47,732 bases of DNA from a virus, in the IMG/VR virus record IMGVR_UViG_3300043602_000027, positions 1 through 47,732 of that record; one strand, written 5' to 3'. The notes under the pieces are model-generated. The model did not search any database, was not told where the DNA came from, and worked only from the letters and a program-made list of their open reading frames with translations. The position numbers and the translations under genes are program-made. Positions 25,776 to 35,340 of this stretch are shown piece after piece; positions within the stretch are counted from its first letter, which is position 1, and each line of letters starts with the position of its first letter.

Positions 25776-26432
25776 ATGCCGGACACTGCACAAGACATAA
25801 TAAATGATGTAGGGGCTAAGTTAAATGACCCCTCATTGTCTATTTATACCAGCATCGTGCAGTTACCCTTCACTGCAATTGCTGGTAGAAAATTAGAATC
25901 GTTACTGGAACTAAATGGTATTCCCGTCCTTAAACAACGTAGCACAGTTATACCGTTACCAGTCGGGGACACAGTTCTACCCACCTATCCGACTGACTTC
26001 GTGCAACCCATTAACTTATGGGAGAGGCCAGCAGGTTCTACTGACGGGTTTAGTGAAATGGAGCAAAGGGATTGGGAGCCGGATGTTTTGCCAGATTTAT
26101 ATCTGCGAGTCTGGGCGTGGAGAGATAATAAAGTCCAATTTATCGGCTCAACGCAGGACAAGGATATCAGGTTAGATTACTATCGCACACTCAATCCGTT
26201 AGTGGATGTAACTGCTAACGTAGAGGTTGCTGGCTCAAGGAACTATCTATCTGCTCTCACTGCTCAGATGGTAGCTAGGGATGTAATGAATAGTCCATCC
26301 AAAGCGGCAGAGCTTTACATGGAAGTTAAAGAAGAAGAGGAGAAATTAATCACTAAGTTAACGAAGAGGTTACAAGGGCTAGGAGTTCGACGACGAGCCT
26401 ATCGGGGGTATGGGAGAAGAGTTATCAAGTAA
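25776..26432 (+). CDS. hypothetical structural-module protein
   Basis: ORF track. Its ATG lies 1 nt after the upstream stop. Confidence 0.5.
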   Translation: MPDTAQDIINDVGAKLNDPSLSIYTSIVQLPFTAIAGRKLESLLELNGIPVLKQRSTVIPLPVGDTVLPTYPTDFVQPINLWERPAGSTDGFSEMEQRDWEPDVLPDLYLRVWAWRDNKVQFIGSTQDKDIRLDYYRTLNPLVDVTANVEVAGSRNYLSALTAQMVARDVMNSPSKAAELYMEVKEEEEKLITKLTKRLQGLGVRRRAYRGYGRRVIK

Positions 26433-26486
26433 CAACTAACAACTACAATTCGCTTCGGATTGTCGCCTCAAAAGGAGAGGCTAAAC

Positions 26487-26972
26487 ATGGCAGTTTTGAC
26501 AACCAGAAGTATTTGGGCCGCACTATCGAATCAGCTAGTCAATGTGGGAACTTTACTGGCCCCAGACTGGCAGATTGTCACAAAAGCTACTTCGCGGACT
26601 TTGAGTTCTAAAGTATCAGCCGCTCAAATTAACGCGGGCTATACACTCCTGCCAGCAGTGCCGGGATATAAGTATCGTTTGATTGATGCTTACCTGGTAG
26701 CTATTGGTGGTGCAGTTACCGGTCCTACCACAATAGACATCAACGGCACACAAGCTGCGGCTTTAGTTAAGCTGTTGTCGGTGGCAATTGCTGCACTGAC
26801 ACAGAATGCCGTAGTGCGCGCGGGCGCTGCTAACGCTACTGTATTAGCAGGTGGCGCGTCATTCGACGAGTGCGATGTCAACACGCCAATCACAGTGACT
26901 AGGGCTGGCACCGATATCAGTGTGGCAACTCACGTTGATGTCAACGTAACTTACGAAATGATAAAGGCTTAA
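26487..26972 (+). CDS. Ala/Thr/Val-rich structural protein
   Basis: The ORF track starts at TTG 26460. The ATG at 26487 follows AAGGAGAGG. GC-richer, as for abundant virion proteins. Confidence 0.55.
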   Translation: MAVLTTRSIWAALSNQLVNVGTLLAPDWQIVTKATSRTLSSKVSAAQINAGYTLLPAVPGYKYRLIDAYLVAIGGAVTGPTTIDINGTQAAALVKLLSVAIAALTQNAVVRAGAANATVLAGGASFDECDVNTPITVTRAGTDISVATHVDVNVTYEMIKA

Positions 26973-26974
26973 CC

Positions 26975-27160
26975 ATGTCAATCATCACCATACTAGTAGG
27001 ACTGTTAATTTTCGCAGTTGTCTATTGGGCCGCGGTGAAGATTATGGCAGCGTTTGGAATTGGAGAACCAATATCAACAGTCATCATTGTAGTATTGGTG
27101 ATTGTGTTTTTAGTTTGGGTATTGGGTGCGTTGGGTGTGGGTCCGACACTAATTAAGTAG
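26975..27160 (+). CDS. 61-aa membrane protein with two TM helices
   Basis: MSIITILVGLLIFAVVYWAAVKIMAAF...STVIIVVLVIVFLVWVLGALGV. Holin-like topology but located in the structural module. Confidence 0.55.
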   Translation: MSIITILVGLLIFAVVYWAAVKIMAAFGIGEPISTVIIVVLVIVFLVWVLGALGVGPTLIK

Positions 27161-27328
27161 TTAGATGGTCCCTGAGCTATTTGGGGCGCAAGTTGTTAGG
27201 GAGTGTGTTACTCTTAAAAACTACAATCTATAAAAAATATGGATGGGAATGCTTAGGAGAAATTCGCGCTTTTCCCAAGAAAGCCGATTGTAGATTGCTA
27301 ACAAGCCATAACTTTTCGAGCAAATAAA

Positions 27329-29185
27329 ATGCAGCTACTTGACCATAACCCAATTGAAGTAGAAAACGTTAAGGGATTATTTGGTCGGGGGGAGTATGAA
27401 GATACTGTTCCCCCTGACCATCTAATCGAATCCATGAATGCTATTACTCTGGGTAGAGAAATTAAAACCAGAGATGGCTTTCTACAGGATATTACTATTC
27501 CTAACGTTAGACGTATTTGGGAATATAAAAGAACAGGGGAAGCCTCACGGCTTCTGGTATTAAATAATATTGGTCAGCTTTACGATACTACACTAAGTCT
27601 AGCTACACCAATTTTGACTATTGCGGCAATGACAGACTTCTCAGCAATTAGTCAATTTAATCGGGCGTATATCACTCCCCATAATGGTAATGCTGGCTTA
27701 CCCGGTGAGTTTGTTTACGTCTATAACGGGAGTGTTGTTCGCAAAGCTGGTGGTGATGCACCGTCTACTGGATTTAGTGTTGATAACTCAATCAATGCTG
27801 GAAACGTGGAAGCAGGCACTCATATCTTAGGAGTTTGTTACGAATACGATTCGGGCTATACTTCACCACCCGGACAGCTAAGAACTATTCTAGCAGATGG
27901 CACCAAGAAACTTACTTGCACTTCTATTCCTATTGGACCGGTTGGCGTCAGTGCTCGTCGGATTGTAATGTCTCATGCTATCCAAGCATTCAATGGTGAC
28001 TTGGAAGGATATGAATTATTCTTTGTTCCAGAGGGTAGAATAGCTGATAACTCTACCACTACTCTAGAGATTAATCCATACGACGGAGACTTGCAGCTAA
28101 GTTGTGATTATCTCTTTGACCAGATGACCAGCATTCCATCGGTGCTGAACTTAGCAACGTTTGGAAGTAAGATGGTATATATTGCTACTGACACTGATAA
28201 GTCGATGGCATATGTATCTAAGAATGGCGAGCCTGAATCTATTAATGCTGCTGCGGGATTTATCGTTGCTGACCCATCTGAAACCGAAGGTTTAAAAAGT
28301 GGTGTAGAGTATAGAGATAGTCTTTACCTCACTAAGGGGAGTAAGATTTACTCTACCCGAGATAACGGTTACGATGCATCAACTTGGACACTAGTTACAT
28401 TAGATAAAGGAATAGGCGCAGATGTCTTCAGCCTCTCAACAATCCAAGATAGAAAAGGTGCGAATCAAGATTACTTTATTGTGGGCGACCATTCGGGATT
28501 GTATATCTTCAATGGAACAATAGTTCGTCCCGAGTTGTCTTATAAGATTCTAAATTGGTGGGAGAGAATAAACAAAGCTGCATTTAATAAAGTACAGATA
28601 ATCCTGGATACTAAAAAATTCCTAATATATTGCCTAGTGCCATTGGACTCGGCCACGAGTCCCAGTCATATTATTATTGGGGACTTTACTAATGGTTTAG
28701 ATTATGAGAATATTCGTTGGCATCTCTGGTCTTTTAATGCTCTTGCTTTCAGCCCGGCAGCTATTGCCGTAGGTATTAACAATACTACGCAAAGAACTTA
28801 CTTGCGGGTAGGTGGCTATGAGGGCAATATTTACAATCAAGGTGTCGGTGTTCTTACCGACAACTTAGTAGCGATAGATTGTTATATTAGATTAGGTTTA
28901 TTGTTTGAAGAAGTGGGATTCGTGCATCATTATGCTGGCTTAGAGCTTAGAATTAATGGCTCTGGCAGTTTGCAACTCAATGTCAGAGGCGAAGATAATG
29001 CAGTGAGCAGCAACTTAAACAATATGCCTTTAGTGGCATCATCGGGGAAAGAATACTTTAGACACGCAAATTTAGTAAATGAAAAGTGTTCAGTAAAACT
29101 TAGAGTATCGAATCCTAACGAACACTTTAATTTGAAACATCTTAGACTATTCGTTAGACCTTTAGCTAGAACTAGACCAAGCTAA
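27329..29185 (+). CDS. large tail structural protein (618 aa)
   Basis: ORF track. Called from position and size. Preceded by a 168-bp gap and has a weak SD. Confidence 0.5.
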   Translation: MQLLDHNPIEVENVKGLFGRGEYEDTVPPDHLIESMNAITLGREIKTRDGFLQDITIPNVRRIWEYKRTGEASRLLVLNNIGQLYDTTLSLATPILTIAAMTDFSAISQFNRAYITPHNGNAGLPGEFVYVYNGSVVRKAGGDAPSTGFSVDNSINAGNVEAGTHILGVCYEYDSGYTSPPGQLRTILADGTKKLTCTSIPIGPVGVSARRIVMSHAIQAFNGDLEGYELFFVPEGRIADNSTTTLEINPYDGDLQLSCDYLFDQMTSIPSVLNLATFGSKMVYIATDTDKSMAYVSKNGEPESINAAAGFIVADPSETEGLKSGVEYRDSLYLTKGSKIYSTRDNGYDASTWTLVTLDKGIGADVFSLSTIQDRKGANQDYFIVGDHSGLYIFNGTIVRPELSYKILNWWERINKAAFNKVQIILDTKKFLIYCLVPLDSATSPSHIIIGDFTNGLDYENIRWHLWSFNALAFSPAAIAVGINNTTQRTYLRVGGYEGNIYNQGVGVLTDNLVAIDCYIRLGLLFEEVGFVHHYAGLELRINGSGSLQLNVRGEDNAVSSNLNNMPLVASSGKEYFRHANLVNEKCSVKLRVSNPNEHFNLKHLRLFVRPLARTRPS

Positions 29186-30594
29186 TGCCTTCTGCTTTCG
29201 ATATAGCTTGCACTACATTAGTCCAGAGACTTCGCACCGTCGAAGACCCTGCGACTGCTGATGTATTGCAGTATATAATTGATGAACTAAAGCGAATTGG
29301 GTATATTGTTGACCCTCCGCCGACGACGCAAAGTAAAGGTGGATTGGCTGAAGTTATTGTTCCGCCGCCTGAGATTCTTTACTTTACTTATCGTGTTACT
29401 CCTAGAAACGTAGTTCTAGAATGGTTGCCCCCCAGTGTCGAAACGCTATTCTATGAGATTAGGCGTGGAGCAACATGGGAAATCGCAGAACGAGTTAGTA
29501 TTACGTCTAGTTTGGTGGCTATTCTTAATCCTATTCCTGTTGGGATTACACGATTTTTAATCAAAGCAATAAATCAACATAACGTATATTCTTTAAATGC
29601 ATCTAGTGTAGACATTATCATTCCAGAAATTGGGGAAACTCATATCTCTCCAACAATTCTGGGTAATAACGTTCTACTTTATTGGACTATTCCAACTAGT
29701 ATATTTGAGATTTCCTATTATATTATTCTGAGAAACAACGCAGAGATTGCGCGCCTCAACTCGACCTTTTTGTCATACGTGGAGTTGGCGGCAGCGACAC
29801 TCCAATTCTCAGTAATCCCTGTTGACGTAGGCGGGAATCAGGGGCCGCGCGCCGATGTGGTTGTCGTAGTTACTGCGCCGCCAGATTATATTCAGCAGGC
29901 GACGTTAGTATCGACTTTTACTGGGACTAAAGTTAATGCACTCGTAGAGTTTAACAAGCTTTTAGTTTGCGTGAACACGACGGAGACTTGGAATGACCAT
30001 TTTGTTAATCATGGTTGGGACCAAATCATTGACCAGATTGCTGCGGGATTTTCTATCTATATTCAGCCAGCATTAACTAATGCATCATATAAAGAAACAT
30101 TTGACTTTGGTGTAATCTATGAGAATGTTATTCTCAATATCAATTATGATTTCCAGCAAATCATTGGTATAAATAATATTGGAATTCACACCGAAGTTAG
30201 TGACAATGGAACTACTTGGGGACCACCAACGGACAGTTTACAGTTCTTGGTAACTTCAGTAAGATATGTTAGAGTCACGGTAGACTTTACTGGCACTGAC
30301 GATGATTTACTTTACTTTTTTAATTTTAGGGTTAGTGCTAGCATTCACTTAGAAAACGATGGTGGCAATGATGTCGCTGTGGCAACTGATGTGGGTGGAA
30401 CAGTAATAAACTTTAACAAGCCATTCAAAGCTGTTGATTCTATTACTGTGACTCCTATATCTGTTACATCTTGTTATGCTGTAGTAATCTTTACATCTGT
30501 TCCTAATCCAACTAACTTTAAGATTATGGTCTTCGATAATGCTGGCTTGCGGATTACCAAGCCTATCCAGTGGGATGCTAGGGGTGTTATATGA
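29185..30594 (+). CDS. tail structural or receptor-binding-module protein (469 aa)
   Basis: ORF track. TAATG coupling to the upstream gene. Contains beta-rich FN3-like stretches (weak impression). Confidence 0.5.
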   Translation: MPSAFDIACTTLVQRLRTVEDPATADVLQYIIDELKRIGYIVDPPPTTQSKGGLAEVIVPPPEILYFTYRVTPRNVVLEWLPPSVETLFYEIRRGATWEIAERVSITSSLVAILNPIPVGITRFLIKAINQHNVYSLNASSVDIIIPEIGETHISPTILGNNVLLYWTIPTSIFEISYYIILRNNAEIARLNSTFLSYVELAAATLQFSVIPVDVGGNQGPRADVVVVVTAPPDYIQQATLVSTFTGTKVNALVEFNKLLVCVNTTETWNDHFVNHGWDQIIDQIAAGFSIYIQPALTNASYKETFDFGVIYENVILNINYDFQQIIGINNIGIHTEVSDNGTTWGPPTDSLQFLVTSVRYVRVTVDFTGTDDDLLYFFNFRVSASIHLENDGGNDVAVATDVGGTVINFNKPFKAVDSITVTPISVTSCYAVVIFTSVPNPTNFKIMVFDNAGLRITKPIQWDARGVI

Positions 30595-31823
30595 GCGTAG
30601 TTAAATATAACTACGTTTATAAAGATGGGGCAGTTGAAAATGCTCCATTACCTAGCTTCTATATTGCTACCACTTTCGCAGAGTTGCCTGTGGGCACTGA
30701 GGGTGACACTGCGTATGCTAAAGATAACGATAAGTTCTATAAGTATGTAACCTCTTGGGTTGAGATAGGTGGTGGCGCTGCTCTACCCGGTAATATTGCC
30801 TATACTGATGTTGCTAATATTTTTACTCAAGACCAAACTATCACGAAAACTCGACCAACTTTAGTGCTAGCGCCGGGTTCTGTTGGTAAGGGACGCGTAT
30901 TTGGAGCTACTACTAATCACATCGCAGTCACTAATAACTTAGTTTATGATGGAGCTTGGAAAGCTGACGATGTAGCTCTGGCTGGAATTGCTCTTGAGTT
31001 AAGTGCTGGTTACGCTTTTAATTTTTTCCACTCTCCTGTTAGTGCGAATCCGCGAACACTGAATAACATAGCCATCATCAATTCGGGTGGTTTGACGTTG
31101 AATCAGCGTGAGCTAAATCTGAGTGGCACGGGCACCGCTTATACAGGGGCTCCACTTGAAATCCAGACGGTCAATACTCCACGAGTCGCTTTTCATTGGC
31201 CGGGTGTCATCGCATCACAAATTGGGATGGGTAGCGATGGCATCATTAGAACATTCAATAATCCAGGCACCGCTTATGAGAAATTTGCAGCACTTGATAT
31301 AGATGCAAAGGGCGCAATGTGGTCTAGGGCAGCATTTAGACAAGGACTAGACCCTGCAAATGGCACCGGAATAGCTACGTGGTTTGTCGAGTCATCTAAT
31401 CATCTTAGAGCAGCAAGTGGACTCTATGATTATGCTCGTGGTAATCCTATTGGTAACTGGATAGCTTGGACTCCAGTAGTAGTGAATGATGCTGGAACCG
31501 GATTAACTTATGGCACGTTAAGTTGCAAATACATGCTAGTTGGGAAGACATTATTTTGGCAGATTTATTGTGATAACATTACAAATTCAGCAGATTCAAC
31601 TTATATCCGATTTACTGTTCCTGTTGCGATACAAGATGGTTGGACAATGCATTCAATGACTCGTGTTTATTGGTCATTTCAAGGTCATCAAGTTGGTTAT
31701 GCATATCCTACATCAGCTAATGGAACTATCAATGTTGGTCGAACTACTGATGGTTTTAATTATTGGCTTGGTGGAACTGTTACTCATGTTTACCAATGTG
31801 GTGGATTTTACTCAGTTGCTTGA
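30591..31823 (+). CDS. tail fibre or spike-like protein (410 aa)
   Basis: ORF track. ATGA coupling. Gly/Asn/Thr-rich beta-type composition. Confidence 0.5.
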   Translation: MSVVKYNYVYKDGAVENAPLPSFYIATTFAELPVGTEGDTAYAKDNDKFYKYVTSWVEIGGGAALPGNIAYTDVANIFTQDQTITKTRPTLVLAPGSVGKGRVFGATTNHIAVTNNLVYDGAWKADDVALAGIALELSAGYAFNFFHSPVSANPRTLNNIAIINSGGLTLNQRELNLSGTGTAYTGAPLEIQTVNTPRVAFHWPGVIASQIGMGSDGIIRTFNNPGTAYEKFAALDIDAKGAMWSRAAFRQGLDPANGTGIATWFVESSNHLRAASGLYDYARGNPIGNWIAWTPVVVNDAGTGLTYGTLSCKYMLVGKTLFWQIYCDNITNSADSTYIRFTVPVAIQDGWTMHSMTRVYWSFQGHQVGYAYPTSANGTINVGRTTDGFNYWLGGTVTHVYQCGGFYSVA

Positions 31824-31829
31824 GGCATT

Positions 31830-32168
31830 ATGCTAACAAAAGATATTATTATAGGAGTAGTAACTGTTCATGCTGACAATAGATTAGAAGTCCGTGAAGA
31901 TGTTATTATATATGAAGAGGGTAAAGAAATATCAAGAACTGTATCTTGGTATGCTTTACTTCCTGGTGATGAAATTGATAACAAACCACCACGAGTAAAA
32001 GATATTGCTGGAGCAATCTGGACTCCTGAAATGATTAAGGCTAGATTTGATAAGTTAAAAGAACCAATTGAAGTTCCAGCTCCAATTTCACTATCAAATA
32101 TGCCTCCATTTGGTTTGGCTATTCCTACTCAACCTGAGCAGGAAAAAGATAATGGGCCGATTAAATGA
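31830..32168 (+). CDS. hypothetical protein (112 aa)
   Basis: ORF track. Confidence 0.5.
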   Translation: MLTKDIIIGVVTVHADNRLEVREDVIIYEEGKEISRTVSWYALLPGDEIDNKPPRVKDIAGAIWTPEMIKARFDKLKEPIEVPAPISLSNMPPFGLAIPTQPEQEKDNGPIK

Positions 32169-32437
32169 TTATCACACTATTGAATTCTGCTAAGCTAGCA
32201 GTGGATTTCACTCAGGAAGAAGGAGAGGTCATCGACTATCTTCTTGAGAATTCCGATGGCATTGCGGCAGTGCGCCAATTTCTCAATCTGATGATAGAGA
32301 ATAAGCGCGCCCAAATGCAGGAGCATATTCGCATAGTCTCCTACAAAACTATAGTGGAAAATGCTGACATAAACGAAGCGATGGCACTAGCTAATCCCGA
32401 ACTGGCTAATGCAATACGAGCGGTAAAAGAGGTCTAA
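32165..32437 (+). CDS. hypothetical protein (90 aa)
   Basis: ORF track. ATGA coupling. Confidence 0.5.
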   Translation: MIITLLNSAKLAVDFTQEEGEVIDYLLENSDGIAAVRQFLNLMIENKRAQMQEHIRIVSYKTIVENADINEAMALANPELANAIRAVKEV

Positions 32438-32438
32438 G

Positions 32439-33644
32439 ATGGCCGATTGGACACAGCCAGTAAACACTACTCTCTATAACTTAGTATTATCAATACTGAG
32501 AGATAGAGACTTTGATGCTGGTTCTTTGTTTGTTGCTCCACCTACTAATCCCATCGCAGGGATGATTAGATTTGACCGCACTGGTAATAAATTTCAGGAA
32601 TATGATGGCACTCAGTGGCAGGATAAAATCTTATCGGTAGCTGGCGGTGGCACTGGAGCATCTACAATAAACGATATTAGAAATAGTTTAGGGTTGGGCA
32701 CGATGTCCACCCAGAATTCTAATAACGTAAATATTACTGGCGGCACAATCACTGGTGTCCCCATACAGGCTCCTAGTTTAGTTGGTCAAGTTCCACCAGC
32801 AAGCTTAGGCACTGGGCCAGCAAACTCTGGCACTTGGCTTCGTGGTGACATGACATGGCAGACTATACCAGCAGGTGTTCCTACGGGGTGTATCTTTGGA
32901 TATGCAGGGGCTACGCCCCCTGCTAGTTATGTTTTATGCGATGGAGCCGCCCATAGTAGAACCACCCAAGCTGCGTTGTTTGCTGTTTGTGGAACAGCAT
33001 TTGGTGCTGGCGACTTATCTACTACTTTTAACGTTCCTGATTTACGTCAGCGTTTTCCTATGGGAAAAGCTGCTAGCGGGACTGGTTTAGTTTTAGGTAG
33101 TGTCGGCGGTGCGATAGACCACGTTCATGCTGAAGGCGCGCACACGCACACAATAGCCGCACACGCGCACACGGTCGCTTCTCACGTTCACTCTGGTGCA
33201 TCACACACCCACGGTTATAGTGGTGGGACAAGTGCTGATGGAAATCACGACCACGGTGGAACGCAACAAACCGGTCTAAACGCTGACCACAGCCATTCAT
33301 TTAGTGGTGGTGGGACAACTGGTGGTGAAAACGCTGGCACCATGAACGTCGATGCGGGCAATTCTGGTCTAATGGCCCGCGCTGGTCATGGTCACGATTT
33401 TGGATATAGTGGTAATACTAGCCATGTTAATATTGGATTGACACATGGACATAATATTAACTTTAGTGGTAATCACGGTCATACTTTTAGTGGAACTACT
33501 GATGCTGGTAGCTCCGGTGGTAATACTGGCGCTGCTGCACCGGCAACAGATGCGGTAGCTTTGACTACTGCGGTTAATGCTGCGGCTAACACTGGTGCAA
33601 ACAATCCCCCATTCCAAGTAATAAACTTTATTATTCACGTATGA
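32439..33644 (+). CDS. tail fibre with phage tail-collar domain and HxH-repeat distal region
   Basis: VAGGGTGASTINDIRNSLGLG fibre N-terminal motif. Tail-collar pattern FGYAGATPPASYVLCDGAAHSRTTQAALFAVCGTAFGAGDLSTTFNVPDLRQRFPMG. Then HVH, HTH, HAH, HVH, HTH, HDH, HSH, HGH repeats (about 33120-33480). Confidence 0.8.
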   Translation: MADWTQPVNTTLYNLVLSILRDRDFDAGSLFVAPPTNPIAGMIRFDRTGNKFQEYDGTQWQDKILSVAGGGTGASTINDIRNSLGLGTMSTQNSNNVNITGGTITGVPIQAPSLVGQVPPASLGTGPANSGTWLRGDMTWQTIPAGVPTGCIFGYAGATPPASYVLCDGAAHSRTTQAALFAVCGTAFGAGDLSTTFNVPDLRQRFPMGKAASGTGLVLGSVGGAIDHVHAEGAHTHTIAAHAHTVASHVHSGASHTHGYSGGTSADGNHDHGGTQQTGLNADHSHSFSGGGTTGGENAGTMNVDAGNSGLMARAGHGHDFGYSGNTSHVNIGLTHGHNINFSGNHGHTFSGTTDAGSSGGNTGAAAPATDAVALTTAVNAAANTGANNPPFQVINFIIHV

Positions 33645-34012
33645 TGTATAGAGTTACGCAACGCAAAGACTTTCCAGTGATAGAAAAGATGAATGCTGGA
33701 GAGTTTTACTTTAGAGTAGGCGACTTATCCATTGTTGATGGTGTAATAGAGGATGACACTGGGAAAGTTGTAGCTTTTGGAATAGTGAAACCTTTTGCAG
33801 AAGCCGTGTTTATTTGTGACCAAGATGAGCCTAGAGTAACTAGGGGTAAAGCATTGAACATGCTTATGGATACCGCCATAGCCGGTACCAGAGCAAGAAA
33901 TCTCAGACAGCTTCATGTGTTTGTAAGTGACCCTAAGCTGGCTGAAGCACTAAAGAAACATCATGGTTTTGAGCTATGTCCTGAGCTAGTGTTAGTCAAG
34001 ACTTTAACTTAA
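33641..34012 (+). CDS. small GNAT-like acetyltransferase (123 aa)
   Basis: VAFGIVKPFAEAVFICD...RVTRGKALNMLMDTAIAGTRARNLRQLHVFV..PKLAEALKKHHGFE resembles GNAT motifs A and B. ATGA-coupled to the fibre gene. Confidence 0.5.
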   Translation: MMYRVTQRKDFPVIEKMNAGEFYFRVGDLSIVDGVIEDDTGKVVAFGIVKPFAEAVFICDQDEPRVTRGKALNMLMDTAIAGTRARNLRQLHVFVSDPKLAEALKKHHGFELCPELVLVKTLT

Positions 34013-34023
34013 AGGACATAGTT

Positions 34024-35340
34024 ATGGCAAAGAAACAAGAGAAGGCAGCATTAGGGGCTACTGAAGATGCCCAGAAAAACGCAAACCAGAATTATGATAG
34101 TTTGCGTGGTGAGAATACCCAAGTTGGCACCAACAGAGATGATGAAATCTATGCTGGCTATAAGGGATTCTCTGAGACTGGGGGAGTTGACCCTAATGCT
34201 AAGTCTAGATTACTAGGTGGTTATGGTGGCACTAGTCCTGCTGGTGGGGGCGGCTCTAGCTCAGGCGGCGGGGGTGGTGGTGGCGGCGGGAGTATACAGG
34301 ATTACTATTCTGATATTAAAGGTCTAGATAGGTCAACGTATGACGCTGCTGAGAATGCGTTTAAAAATCTAGATACTTCCTACGCTAAGAACTTCGCTGA
34401 TACTGGTGGGCTTGATGAAGCTGCGATGGCAAGAATGCGCGGCATGGGTGGCTATGAGGAATTTGCCAAAACTGGTGGCTACTCTGACGTTGATAAAGCT
34501 AACATCCGTGAGAGAGGATTGTCAGCAGCTAGTGCAATGGGCAAGGGAATGCAAGATGAGATGTCTGCCCGTCGTGCAACCCAAGGCGGATACTCACCCG
34601 GATTTGATGCGAGCAGTCGCGCACTGAAGCGAGACACTGCTAGAAACATCACTGACAATGCACTAAACACTGAGCTAGGCATTAAAGAGAAAACTAACGA
34701 AGGCCGTAAGTGGGGCATTAGTGGAGTTGCTGGAAGTGAGCAAGCGACTCAGCAGCTTAGAACACAGAATCAGCTAGAAGGTTCTAAGTTAAAAGCTCAG
34801 ATAGAGCAGGCGGTTGCTAGTGGTCAAATGTCCGCTGCCGATGGTAGGGCTAGAATAGACCAAGTGCAACAGCAAACTGACTTGGCTATTGCCACGGGGC
34901 GCACTCAACGTGATATCGCTGCTATGCAATTAGCCGCCGCCAATGGCAACGCATCAGCCAGTAGAGCATTAGCTGAAGCGCAGATGGCCGCGCAGAATGA
35001 AAGATTCGTGATGGAATTGGAGCAGTCTGGTAAGCTCGCTGGTTTGGGTGGGATGAGCAATCTCTATCAAACTAATATGGATAGGGATTTGAATATCACT
35101 AACTCACAAGTTGGTGCTAACGTTAGTCTAGGTGGGCTGCGTAGTCAGCAAGCTGATATGATAGGCGGTCCGTGGGATGCGGTCCAGCAAGGTATTGGTG
35201 GCGTTGCTGGATTAGCTGGAGCATTCTCAGGACTTGGTGGATTTACTGGTGGAAACACTGGCATATCTGGGCCTAAGATTGGTGCGCCTCCGAGCTATAA
35301 CGATTTCATGGCTGGTAAAACGAATCAGGGGTGGTTCTAA
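34024..35340 (+). CDS. Gly-rich virion or internal protein with a (F)x[EDK]TGG repeat
   Basis: A GGGGSSSGGGGGGGGGS run. Three repeats: FSETGGVDPNAK, FADTGGLDEAAM, FAKTGGYSDVDK. Gly-rich C-terminus. Confidence 0.55.
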   Translation: MAKKQEKAALGATEDAQKNANQNYDSLRGENTQVGTNRDDEIYAGYKGFSETGGVDPNAKSRLLGGYGGTSPAGGGGSSSGGGGGGGGGSIQDYYSDIKGLDRSTYDAAENAFKNLDTSYAKNFADTGGLDEAAMARMRGMGGYEEFAKTGGYSDVDKANIRERGLSAASAMGKGMQDEMSARRATQGGYSPGFDASSRALKRDTARNITDNALNTELGIKEKTNEGRKWGISGVAGSEQATQQLRTQNQLEGSKLKAQIEQAVASGQMSAADGRARIDQVQQQTDLAIATGRTQRDIAAMQLAAANGNASASRALAEAQMAAQNERFVMELEQSGKLAGLGGMSNLYQTNMDRDLNITNSQVGANVSLGGLRSQQADMIGGPWDAVQQGIGGVAGLAGAFSGLGGFTGGNTGISGPKIGAPPSYNDFMAGKTNQGWF

